In this document: in pieces, positions 10,004-19,328 of the stretch
Layout: each line of letters opens with the position of its first letter
Position numbering within the stretch: position 1 is the first letter of the stretch
Assembly: GCA_045631185.1 (NCBI GenBank)
Contig: JAZQUH010000039.1
Location: 9,522-73,521 of the forward strand
DNA length: 64,000 nucleotides
Origin: Alphaproteobacteria bacterium
Lineage (GTDB): Bacteria; Pseudomonadota; Alphaproteobacteria; CAAHEQ01; UBA3637
Direction of reading: 5' to 3'
Notes under the pieces: model-generated
Database searches by the model: none
What the model was told of the DNA's origin: nothing
The model's input: only the letters and a program-made list of their open reading frames with translations
Made by a program: the position numbers and the translations under genes

Positions 10004-10913
10004 GGCCGGCCATCGTGCCGAAAAAATCGCTTTGCTTTGGCTGATGCTGAAAGGCTATCGTTTGGTGGCCAAAAACTTTGTGGTGGGGCGTGGCACCGGT
10101 GCGGGCGAAGTGGATTTAATTGTTAAAAAGGGCAAAACGTTGGTGTTTGTTGAGGTTAAAAAACGCCCCGATGAACAAACAGCATTAAATGCTATTCGTC
10201 CCAAAAACAGACAGCGCATCCAAAAAACATCCATGGTCTTTTTATCACGAAATCCCAAATATCAAAATTACGAAATTCGCTATGATGTGATGATGATGAC
10301 GGGTGGCTTGCCCAAACATTTGCCCAATGCATGGCGACCATTTAGTTTGATTTTTTTATTGTTTTTACTGAGTGGTTGTCAAATGTGGGGGACTTTAATC
10401 AGTGGGGCTCACAGCCTGTGGGGAGTTGTGGCCGATGACAGGCCGTTAAATGAAGACGCATCGGATATGGGGCTTTACACCCAAATACGCCAAAATTTGG
10501 CCGCCAGGGATATTAAATCACTTTTGGATGTTCAAATTACCGTTTTTCAAGGGGCTGTTTTATTGACCGGTGCCTTACCCAATTGGGAAGAAATTGCCCA
10601 AACGGTTGAAATTGTATGGCAAACACCAGGGGTGAATTATGTTTATAATTATATCCGTGTGGGCAAAACTTTGGGGACAGTTCAAACATCCGAAGAGGCC
10701 GCCTTATCCGCCTCAATTCGTACCAAGTTAAGCCTGACACAAGGTATCAAATCATCTAACTATAAATTGGTGATGGAAAACGGGACAGTTTATTTAATGG
10801 GCATTCAACAAGATGCCGATGAATGGCAACGGGCCCGTGCGGTGATTGCTGATACCTATGGTGTGCAAAAAATTATCTGTTTGATGCGGGATAAAGAAAA
10901 TCAAGACAAATAA
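9972..10913 (+). CDS. YraN-family nuclease-like domain fused to a BON-domain (DolP/YraP-like) lipoprotein
   Basis: N-terminal GEVDLIV..LVFVEVK and IRYD; internal LLSGC lipobox; two BON-like repeats. Confidence 0.85.
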   Translation: MPKFWHTTNYKAGHRAEKIALLWLMLKGYRLVAKNFVVGRGTGAGEVDLIVKKGKTLVFVEVKKRPDEQTALNAIRPKNRQRIQKTSMVFLSRNPKYQNYEIRYDVMMMTGGLPKHLPNAWRPFSLIFLLFLLSGCQMWGTLISGAHSLWGVVADDRPLNEDASDMGLYTQIRQNLAARDIKSLLDVQITVFQGAVLLTGALPNWEEIAQTVEIVWQTPGVNYVYNYIRVGKTLGTVQTSEEAALSASIRTKLSLTQGIKSSNYKLVMENGTVYLMGIQQDADEWQRARAVIADTYGVQKIICLMRDKENQDK

Positions 10914-10925
10914 ATTGCAAAAATA

Positions 10926-10963
10926 AAAAAAACAGCATGTTTCACAACATGCTGCTTTTCTTT
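10926..10963. terminator. Bidirectional intrinsic terminator
   Basis: cagcatgtt-tcac-aacatgctg with A and T tracts, between convergent genes. Confidence 0.75.
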
Positions 10964-10973
10964 GTCGAATAAA

Positions 10974-13900
10974 TCAGAATTTCCAATTTAATCCTGTTTG
11001 TGCCTTTGTACGGGCTTCAGAATCAATATAAGATAAGACAGAGCCATATAATTCTAAATTATCCTTATTCGACCAGTTGAAACCAGCACGTGCTACAGCA
11101 CGGTTTTCTGAACGGTTTTCATCTTCTACATCAAACGTGCCTGCCATACCATTCATACCCAAACGTAATGTGTAAGGATCGGCAAATTCATGATAGAGCA
11201 TTAAACCAGCGTTTAAGTTTAATTTTCCATCTGTTAATTCGGTCTGTTTTGTTGCATAGAAACCAATACCGCTTTCTACTGACAACATATTTTGGTTTGG
11301 AATTGTTAAACTGAATTCTTTTGCATCTTCACGGCCTTTTTGTTGATAGCCAAGGACGTTGAATTCAAATGTTGGTTCTAAACTCCATCCGGCTAAGTGT
11401 AATGGATATCTGGCTTCGTTCATGATACCATAGACACGTTTTTCGATTTCACCTTCGTAAGAAAGTCCACCCAAGCCTGTACGGTCATATGATCCTTTGG
11501 CGTATCCTAATCGTGGTGAAGTAACCATATCCATTTTACCGACTTTATAACCAAAAGGAACAATCATCTGGTACATTGTATCCTGGCGACTATTACTGTC
11601 ATTATCGTCATCACTACTGATATCTGTAAAGGCGATACCCAAGCCAACAGATGTTGCGCCATCACGTTTGTTTACTAAACCATAGCGACTGGTGGAACCC
11701 ACATCGCCCTTGAATGCCATCGGGGAAACAGAACCCGAAATAGACATATGGGCATCTTTATTATGGAACAGATTGTTATTGATATCGTAATTTAATTCAC
11801 GCATCATTGTCAAATCTTCAAAATTGAAGCGAGACAAAACATCTTTTCCTGTCAGTTCTTTTAAACTATTATTTAAAGCAGATTCGCTTCCAAACGATTT
11901 CAGTTTGTTATAGAAATTTTCATTATTTTCTAAGGCATAGTTTTGACTTAAGAACCCTGCCAAAGAAGAGTTATCCATAACATCTGAAAATTCTTTCATC
12001 TTCATGATGACATCTGTTCCATTATCAGCCAAAGAGGCGTCGAACAAAGCAGATTCGGATTTCAATGTCAACTTGGATGTGTCGGGTGAAGAAATCATAC
12101 CTTTTTCGGTATAGACCTTATCAAACCCTTTGGTAACCGTATCCGAAGCAATGCCAGCTTCACCATAAATGGATGTTGTTCCTGTTGTTTTTGAACCAGA
12201 GGATAAGGTTAATTTTAAAGCAGAAGCATCAATGGTTGGGGCTATAAGTTCGCCAGCGTTATTAACGTTTGACAAACTGCCATTTGGTCCCAATTTAATG
12301 AAGTTGCCTTCCTCTTTTGAACCATCAACATTTGTTCCAGCTTCTACGCCATTTACTTTAATTGTTCCTGTATTCTTAATGTATGTTTCGCTTCCGTTAA
12401 TATAAATACCATAGGCATTCGCACCGTATGCACCTTCTTCGCCAACACTTACGAAAATGTTTCCTTCGTTAATGATGGAAGAGGTAGGACTGTCCAAATA
12501 AATACCATAGGCTTCGGCCAATTTATTTGAAGATGATACATCAATTGTTCCTGTGTTTTTAATCACATTGCGGAAATTGCTGCCTGCCATGATACCATAG
12601 GCATTACCACCGCTGGAAACAGTAATATTACGGCTGTTTTCTATATAGCTATCCCCATTTGTAATAATACCATATAAATTCTGATTAGAAGGTGCAGTAA
12701 GTCGAATTGTACCGGAATTTATAACTTTGTAACCTCTGCCGGCATGAATACCATAAGAAATTTCGCCAGTATTTACTGTACCTTGATCATAAGTTGATTC
12801 TAAATTTATAGTACCCTCGTTAAGCACAGTTTTGTTTGAAGATGAATCTTCTACATGTATACCTGTTGCAGTTATTCTTTTTTCATTCGTAATGGTTATT
12901 GTACCTGTATTTGTGATATCACTGTCGTCCAGAGAATAGATACCGGTTGCAGCATTTGTTAATTTACTGCTTAAGTTAATTGCGCCCGAATTAACAACAC
13001 TGGATAATGCTTTGCTTCCGTTGTTATATATACCAAAAAATGTTGTCCTTTCGGCAGTTTCAGAAGTATTTGACAGATTAATTTTTCCGCTATTTGTGGT
13101 TATTCCCTGGTCATTGTGGATACCGACCAAACCAGCATCAGTTGTTTGTGTTTGTAATGAAATGTCACCTGAGTTGGTTACGTTTAACATTGCCGTGCTG
13201 TCTGTTACCGTTGGATCTATTTCGGCCAATATACCATATCCATTCTCTTTGATATTTGTTAATGAAATACCCGAGCCATTTGTGGGATTACTAATGATTC
13301 CACTGCCCGAATTTGTAAAGGCATAAGTTCCTGTTTTTTGATCGGTTTTAAAATTGGAACCAAAAGCAGTGAGATAATTGTCAATTTTAATTGTTCCACT
13401 GTTTTCGGCCGTTCCGTTTATGGTATGTATACCAGCAGCAATCTTACCATCATATGTGGTTGAAATATCAATAACCCCTTTGTTTATGGAGTTTTTAAGT
13501 GGAAGTGTTCCGTCTTGTGCTGAATGGATACCTACTACATCATTTACATCCTTAATGGTTATTTTTCCGCCAGCACCATTGACGGCTTCTTTTGCGTGTA
13601 TACCAGTGGCTGTCCCCAGGTTTGCAGCGCCGGTTTGTTGAATTATGATATCCCCATTGTTAGATGCGGTAATATCCGATTGAATGGCAACATATTCACC
13701 GTCTGCTGATGAAGTCAGTGAAATCAAGTCATTTAATCTGCTGTGGGCCCCATTTTTACCGTATATTCCGGTCAATTTTGTGTCAGCATTTTTGCCGCTT
13801 AATTCAATTTTCCCTTGGGATACATCATTATTGGAATTGTATGAATTATTATTGGAATATAATCCATAAAATTCCTTGGTTGAAACAGGGGCTGTGCTTG

Positions 13901-16900
13901 CTTCTATAATCTTAATGTTACCAACAGCAGTTGAGTCTTCTCCGTGGGCGTTATAGACATCTGATTCAGAACGCATACCATACACATTTGCGGTACTACT
14001 GTCTTTAATAGAGATAGTTGCTGTTGCCCCTGAACCGTCACCAACTGATTGGGCGTTATAAGTACCATTGATGCCGACCACATTGCCTGTCATTTTTATA
14101 CCAACAGTATTATCAATTTCTAACATACCAACAGCATTACCACCATTTGTTGCATAAGCATTTACACCAGTAATACCAACAATTTCACCCTTCATGTTCC
14201 CCTCGGCCTTATTGGTCATATAAACACCCGCATTTGCCTCTGTTCCTTCCCCATTGGCTTTTGCGTTATAGGAGGTTACATCACCAAAACCGCCCAAACC
14301 ACGTAAGGAAAGCTCAGTCGTGCTGACAGAACCAGTAACTTCTGTGTCAAAATAAATACCACCTTGGGTCTTTTTGTTGATATTGTCTGCCAAAGCGTTT
14401 ATACCATTACCCAATGCATAAAGAATAAAATTGGATTTTCCTGATGTAGTGGTCGTATCAATTCTTTTATCAATCTCTTTTGTTGTATTGAGTGCGCCAT
14501 CTGTTAAATCAGTAGCCGCTATGGAAGAAGAGTATTGAACACATTTTCCGTTTAGTTTTTGATAGTTTTCGGCACAAGCAGAACATTTAGGACCTGTATA
14601 ACCTGGTGCACAAACTCCACATATACACTGTCCCGAAGTTGCGTCAAATGTGGGAGCCCCTGTACAGTTTGGGATCGCCATGCTAGCACAAGTAGGTGCT
14701 GTACAGCTTAATTTGTCGGCGGATAAGACATAATCCCCTTCACATTTGTTACATTGATGTAATGTATCCGTCCCACGTAAACAGGAGTCGCCTGTTTCGC
14801 AGTTTGCAACAGCCGTTGGATTACCTGTACAGGCAGGATCTGGTATACAGGTATTTGTTGTTGAATCCAGAGCATATCCAGGTTCACATGTCGTGCATGT
14901 ATATAATGTATCCGTCCCATGTAAACAGGTCGTTGGAGTTTTGCAGTTTGCAATAGTCGTTGGACTACCTGTACAGGCAGGATCTGGTATACAATTATTA
15001 TTGGTTCCAGGCTCAAAGCCTTCGTTACATGCTGTACATGTATAATAAATTGTTCCTGCTGAATTACAGGTTGTTGGGGCGTCACAGCCTGTATTATCTG
15101 TGTTTGTGCTGGTACATGCTATAGGTGTACAGTTATCTCCTTCATATCCAGCGTCACATGTATCGCATTTGTCATTTGTTTGTGTTTCGCAATTTGGAAT
15201 TTCTGCATAACATTTACCGTCGGCCCCTTCTGTATAACCAGTATCACATGTATCGCATTTGTCATTAGGTTGATGGGCGCAATTTGGAACTGTGGGATAA
15301 CATTTGTGGTCGTCTCCTTCAGTGTAATTAGGTGCGCAAGTTTCGCATTTAAAACCCATATAACCAATTGCACAAAGTCCACATATACACTGTCCCGAAG
15401 TTGCGTCAAATATGGGAGCCCCTGTACAGTTTACGATCGCCATACTAACACAAGCAGGTTCAGTACAGCTTAATTTGTCGGCGGATAAGACATAATCCCC
15501 TCTACATTTGTTACATTGATGTAATGTATCCGTCCCACGTAAACAGGAGTCGCCTGTTTCGCAGTTTGCAACAGCCGTTGGATTGCCTGTACAGGCAGGA
15601 TCTGGTATACAATTATTATTTGTTCCGAGCACAAATCCGGCGGTACATGCTGTACATGTATAATAAATTGTTCCTGCTGAATTACAGGTTGTTGGGGCAT
15701 CACAACCGGTATTATCTGTGTTTGTGCTGGGACATGTTACAGGTGTACATGCATTTGCTTGCAAATTCCAACCGTCTTCACAACTGTTACACTGGTCATT
15801 TATTTGTGTTTCGCAATTTGGAATTTCTGCATAACATTTACCGTCGGTCCCTAACTTATAACCTGTGTTACAACTTGTACAAGTGTAAAAAGAATTTTCT
15901 CCTGACTGACATGTATTATATGTGGCGCATCCTGTTAAAGATGAATTCGTTGTTGGACAGACTACCGTTTTACATCTTCCACCATCTACTTCCCATCCTG
16001 CTTTACATTGGGAACAGGTGTTGCCTGTTTGTTTTCCTGTTTCACAATTTGGAATTTCCAAATAACATTGATTGTTATACAAAGTGTAACCTGAGGCGCA
16101 ACCAGAACAAGTGCTATCATGTTGCGTTAGACAGTTATCAATCTTTTTATAACATTTTCCGTTTGAACCTAGTTGATGTGTACTTAAACACTCTGTACAA
16201 TTATAATAATAATTGCTTGCACCAGATTGACATCGATCATAATTGCTACATCCGTCGGTGGATGTGTTCAAAACGGGGCATGACGTAATGGTGCAGGTAT
16301 TATTTTCCAGTGTCCAACCCGCTTTACACTTAGGACATGTATCTGCGTTTTGTCCATCACAGTTTTGGATTTCACGATAACAGCGATTATTCTGTTTTAT
16401 ATAGTTTGTTTCGCAAGCATCGCATTGGTTGTCCTTTTGTATGGCACAATTGTCGATCTTCACTTTACAGCTTTTTCCATCTACGCTTGGTATATAACCA
16501 TTATTGCACGACAGACAAAGATCTTTTGGTTGATGAATGCAGTTGTTAATTTTGGGATAACACCCTCCATCTGTTCCTTCGTGATATCCTGTTGCACAAC
16601 TGCTACAATCTAATCCAGAAAAACCCTTTTGACAGGCTAGCACTTTATATTTTGTTATGCCAAATGCGGTACTTGACAAACATTTAGCCGCACGAGTCGG
16701 GCAACTGTCTAAAGTATAAGTGCTGTGATCATCATTAATGCTGGGGCTACTGTCGCTGCCGCCACCACCGCCGCCACCACCGGCAGCCAAAGCTATTCCA
16801 CCACCGATAAGGGCTGCAACCCCAACGCCGATGCCAACTTTTTGTGCGGTGGAAAGACCAGATGAACTTTCCACTCTCACTCCAGATAAAAGATTAGGGG

Positions 16901-17321
16901 CATTTGAATTTGCTATCCAAGGACTTTTTGTGGAGGACGGCACAGATTTGGGGACAACAGTTTTATTTTCTGATATGCGTGAATTATGGTTTTGAGCCCA
17001 AGAAGCGTAACCTTCATTAAAACTTACAATTTCTTCTTCTGAGATATTTTGAATACAATCATGTGTGATACTTGCGCCCAGTTTTCTGAGCATGGCATAA
17101 GCTGTATAATTTTTGCTTTGAATAGCATTACATAAGGAGGAATCGCCATTTTCGTCAGCTAAATCCAACTGATAGCCCATATCACTTATTTTTTGCAGAT
17201 TGGTTTCATTTCCCTTGCCTGCCCAATAATAAATTGCTTGCTGAGGTGTCATCATATCAGAAGCAAAACCTTGTGCAACAAAGCCCAATGTTGTCAGTGT
17301 AAATAGCAATTTTTTAAACAT
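10974..17321 (-). CDS. Giant BigA-like autotransporter with Cys-rich repeat region (2115 aa)
   Basis: Signal peptide; ankyrin-like N-domain; hydrophobic segment then poly-Gly; about 720 aa of CxxC repeats; N(S/T)GxI beta-helix repeats; beta-barrel ending GLNWKF. Confidence 0.88.
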   Translation of the reverse strand: MFKKLLFTLTTLGFVAQGFASDMMTPQQAIYYWAGKGNETNLQKISDMGYQLDLADENGDSSLCNAIQSKNYTAYAMLRKLGASITHDCIQNISEEEIVSFNEGYASWAQNHNSRISENKTVVPKSVPSSTKSPWIANSNAPNLLSGVRVESSSGLSTAQKVGIGVGVAALIGGGIALAAGGGGGGGGSDSSPSINDDHSTYTLDSCPTRAAKCLSSTAFGITKYKVLACQKGFSGLDCSSCATGYHEGTDGGCYPKINNCIHQPKDLCLSCNNGYIPSVDGKSCKVKIDNCAIQKDNQCDACETNYIKQNNRCYREIQNCDGQNADTCPKCKAGWTLENNTCTITSCPVLNTSTDGCSNYDRCQSGASNYYYNCTECLSTHQLGSNGKCYKKIDNCLTQHDSTCSGCASGYTLYNNQCYLEIPNCETGKQTGNTCSQCKAGWEVDGGRCKTVVCPTTNSSLTGCATYNTCQSGENSFYTCTSCNTGYKLGTDGKCYAEIPNCETQINDQCNSCEDGWNLQANACTPVTCPSTNTDNTGCDAPTTCNSAGTIYYTCTACTAGFVLGTNNNCIPDPACTGNPTAVANCETGDSCLRGTDTLHQCNKCRGDYVLSADKLSCTEPACVSMAIVNCTGAPIFDATSGQCICGLCAIGYMGFKCETCAPNYTEGDDHKCYPTVPNCAHQPNDKCDTCDTGYTEGADGKCYAEIPNCETQTNDKCDTCDAGYEGDNCTPIACTSTNTDNTGCDAPTTCNSAGTIYYTCTACNEGFEPGTNNNCIPDPACTGSPTTIANCKTPTTCLHGTDTLYTCTTCEPGYALDSTTNTCIPDPACTGNPTAVANCETGDSCLRGTDTLHQCNKCEGDYVLSADKLSCTAPTCASMAIPNCTGAPTFDATSGQCICGVCAPGYTGPKCSACAENYQKLNGKCVQYSSSIAATDLTDGALNTTKEIDKRIDTTTTSGKSNFILYALGNGINALADNINKKTQGGIYFDTEVTGSVSTTELSLRGLGGFGDVTSYNAKANGEGTEANAGVYMTNKAEGNMKGEIVGITGVNAYATNGGNAVGMLEIDNTVGIKMTGNVVGINGTYNAQSVGDGSGATATISIKDSSTANVYGMRSESDVYNAHGEDSTAVGNIKIIEASTAPVSTKEFYGLYSNNNSYNSNNDVSQGKIELSGKNADTKLTGIYGKNGAHSRLNDLISLTSSADGEYVAIQSDITASNNGDIIIQQTGAANLGTATGIHAKEAVNGAGGKITIKDVNDVVGIHSAQDGTLPLKNSINKGVIDISTTYDGKIAAGIHTINGTAENSGTIKIDNYLTAFGSNFKTDQKTGTYAFTNSGSGIISNPTNGSGISLTNIKENGYGILAEIDPTVTDSTAMLNVTNSGDISLQTQTTDAGLVGIHNDQGITTNSGKINLSNTSETAERTTFFGIYNNGSKALSSVVNSGAINLSSKLTNAATGIYSLDDSDITNTGTITITNEKRITATGIHVEDSSSNKTVLNEGTINLESTYDQGTVNTGEISYGIHAGRGYKVINSGTIRLTAPSNQNLYGIITNGDSYIENSRNITVSSGGNAYGIMAGSNFRNVIKNTGTIDVSSSNKLAEAYGIYLDSPTSSIINEGNIFVSVGEEGAYGANAYGIYINGSETYIKNTGTIKVNGVEAGTNVDGSKEEGNFIKLGPNGSLSNVNNAGELIAPTIDASALKLTLSSGSKTTGTTSIYGEAGIASDTVTKGFDKVYTEKGMISSPDTSKLTLKSESALFDASLADNGTDVIMKMKEFSDVMDNSSLAGFLSQNYALENNENFYNKLKSFGSESALNNSLKELTGKDVLSRFNFEDLTMMRELNYDINNNLFHNKDAHMSISGSVSPMAFKGDVGSTSRYGLVNKRDGATSVGLGIAFTDISSDDDNDSNSRQDTMYQMIVPFGYKVGKMDMVTSPRLGYAKGSYDRTGLGGLSYEGEIEKRVYGIMNEARYPLHLAGWSLEPTFEFNVLGYQQKGREDAKEFSLTIPNQNMLSVESGIGFYATKQTELTDGKLNLNAGLMLYHEFADPYTLRLGMNGMAGTFDVEDENRSENRAVARAGFNWSNKDNLELYGSVLSYIDSEARTKAQTGLNWKF
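14615..15740 (-). repeat. Near-identical intragenic duplications in the Cys-rich region
   Basis: About 14615-14849 matches 15377-15611 (offset 762); about 14968-15120 matches 15586-15738 (offset 618). Confidence 0.9.
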
Positions 17322-17474
17322 GTTTCCCCCTTGGGTTACAATACGACTTACTACCCTTATACATAAAAAAAATATAAAAATCAACACTTTTTTTTGCTTT
17401 TTTATTATTCTTTATATGGAAAATCCAAAATAATAGTTTTTTTGTTTAAAAAGATAGCTAAATAAAAAAATCTA

Positions 17475-17503
17475 TTGACAAATAAAAATGAAAGATATAT
17501 AAT
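17475..17503 (+). promoter_or_regulatory. Sigma70 promoter
   Basis: TTGACA (17475-80)-17 bp-TATAAT (17498-503). Confidence 0.9.
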
Positions 17504-17511
17504 CCGTCCCT

Positions 17512-17592
17512 ATGACAAAAAGTTTAAATTTGTTTGCTTTTAATTACGCCTATTTGTGGTTGTTTAGATCACAAAGGGTCTTTTTGTCGTAA
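17512..17592 (+). CDS. Attenuator leader peptide MTKSLNLFAFNYAYLWLFRSQRVFLS
   Basis: ATG 8 nt after the -10 box; F/Y/W at every second codon from 8 to 18; overlaps alternative hairpins. Confidence 0.85.
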   Translation: MTKSLNLFAFNYAYLWLFRSQRVFLS

Positions 17593-17651
17593 CTGAAATG
17601 TAAAATTTAAATGGCAATAAAGGCTCTTTCTTACGAAAGGGCGTTTTTTTT
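17549..17651 (+). promoter_or_regulatory. Ribosome-mediated transcription attenuator (1:2, 2:3 and 3:4 hairpins)
   Basis: 1:2 = tttgtggtt/gatcacaaa; 2:3 = aaagggtctttttgtcgt/atggcaataaaggctcttt; 3:4 terminator = gctctttc-ttac-gaaagggc followed by T8. Confidence 0.85.
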
Positions 17652-17675
17652 ATTTTAAAGAAAGGAAAAATCACA

Positions 17676-19328
17676 ATGTCGGACGATATAAAAATTTTAA
17701 AGGCTTTGCCTGTTTTGCAAAAAACAAGCAACACTCAAACGCTTTCGGATTATTTTAAAGAAACGGTTGCGCCTTTGGGTGAAATTCAGGATAATCCCGA
17801 GAAAAAAATACTGACAGATGCGATTTTTCAACAAACAGAACGTCTTTATGGGGTGGATGTTGCGAAGGAAGTATGTGAACAAGTTAATCGTTTTCCTGTG
17901 GTTGAAACAGGCACCCATTTGGCCCTTTTACGTGATTATGATACACCCAAAAAGGATGATTTGCGTTCCCGTTTAAATCAAAATGTTTTGATTTCATCGG
18001 CTTTGATGCGTCATATGGGGCAAAAATATCATGTGGGTGTTTATGGCAGTAATGTTAATTTGAATCACCCCTGTGGTGGTGGCTTTTTCCAATTGGGTGA
18101 TGATATTTTTCCTGTTGCACAATTGCGTCAAATAAATCAGAATTGTTTGTATGACGCCCCAAGTATAGATAAAAATTATTTTAACGAAGCTTTACCTTTG
18201 GTGGCCAAATTAAATATGTTAAATAGTGTTTTGACCAATGAAGCCATAGACAAAACACAATCTCCACATAAAGAAATGTTGCAAAAAACAAAAAAAGTGA
18301 TAACCAGATTATTGGAACCAGTCAGTCAAGGAAAGATGGCTTATTCAATTGTACAAAAACAATATCAGACCTTGAATGAGAATAATCAAAATGCCATTAA
18401 AAAGGCTATGTTGCTTTTGTCGGCCGATGCTTATAAAAAATATGGTTATACTTTTTCGGATGTGGATAAACAATATCTCCAATTACAGGAAGTTTTTAAT
18501 CGTCAGGATTTAAAATTACCCGATCAGGTTGCCTTAATTCAATCAAATACAATCAATAAAGTCTTACAGGGATCCGATATTAAACACATATCTGTGGATG
18601 CGGTAGAAGTGGCACGTCAATTTTTAATTTCATCATTGGAAAACAAAAACAGTTTATGGTATAATATTTTTAACAATTCGGAAAAGTTTAACAAAATGCA
18701 TCAATCTTTTATTGGTATCAGGGGCAGTTGGAAAGCAAATGAATCTGTCTTTGATTATGTTGCACGGGACAAAGGATTTTCAAAAACAAAAACTTTGCCG
18801 GTTGAAGCTCTTGATCATAAACCTGAAACACTTTTACCTTTGTTAAAAGACAGAAAAATTATACCATCCAGTGCGTTATTGATTTTGCTTTTCCAAAGCG
18901 CAAGTGTTATGGCGCATGGTGGTTTTTTCCAAACGACTTATGCCGATAAAATAAAAAAACGGTTTGTGAATTATTTAAGTGATATCGGTGAAGTCAAACG
19001 TTCCGAGCAACTTCAAAAATTGCCGGTGGATATGGCATTATTGTCTTTGGCGGTCCTTAAGGATAAAACCGGACAACCGATGAAACTGTCCGATATTTCA
19101 CGCATACAAGAGGATAAAAGAAAACAAGTGATAAATGAAATTCCGACTTATCCGTCCCATCAAGCCGTTTCAAATGCTTTACCTGTTTTGGGAAAATATT
19201 TGGATGCCACAGCCCCAGGCTATGTTGAATCAGAGGCCAGATATGCGGATGTTCCTCAATTGATATCTCAGCATAAAAATACATCAAATATATTTTCTCA
19301 AACACAAAAATTGGAGAGATCTGCATGA
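17676..19328 (+). CDS. Hypothetical 550-aa protein, possibly distantly BshC/ligase-like
   Basis: AAGGA RBS; PVVETGTH and HGGFFQTTY motifs; family assignment is speculative. Confidence 0.8.
   Translation: MSDDIKILKALPVLQKTSNTQTLSDYFKETVAPLGEIQDNPEKKILTDAIFQQTERLYGVDVAKEVCEQVNRFPVVETGTHLALLRDYDTPKKDDLRSRLNQNVLISSALMRHMGQKYHVGVYGSNVNLNHPCGGGFFQLGDDIFPVAQLRQINQNCLYDAPSIDKNYFNEALPLVAKLNMLNSVLTNEAIDKTQSPHKEMLQKTKKVITRLLEPVSQGKMAYSIVQKQYQTLNENNQNAIKKAMLLLSADAYKKYGYTFSDVDKQYLQLQEVFNRQDLKLPDQVALIQSNTINKVLQGSDIKHISVDAVEVARQFLISSLENKNSLWYNIFNNSEKFNKMHQSFIGIRGSWKANESVFDYVARDKGFSKTKTLPVEALDHKPETLLPLLKDRKIIPSSALLILLFQSASVMAHGGFFQTTYADKIKKRFVNYLSDIGEVKRSEQLQKLPVDMALLSLAVLKDKTGQPMKLSDISRIQEDKRKQVINEIPTYPSHQAVSNALPVLGKYLDATAPGYVESEARYADVPQLISQHKNTSNIFSQTQKLERSA

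Noticed and set aside
14615-15900. Possible CRISPR-like repeats
   Set aside because: The repeats are in-frame coding modules of the autotransporter, with no constant repeat and unique spacer periodicity
11090-16995. Many plus-strand and alternate-frame ORFs (for example 15524-16288)
   Set aside because: Shadows of the long repetitive autotransporter, with no independent signals
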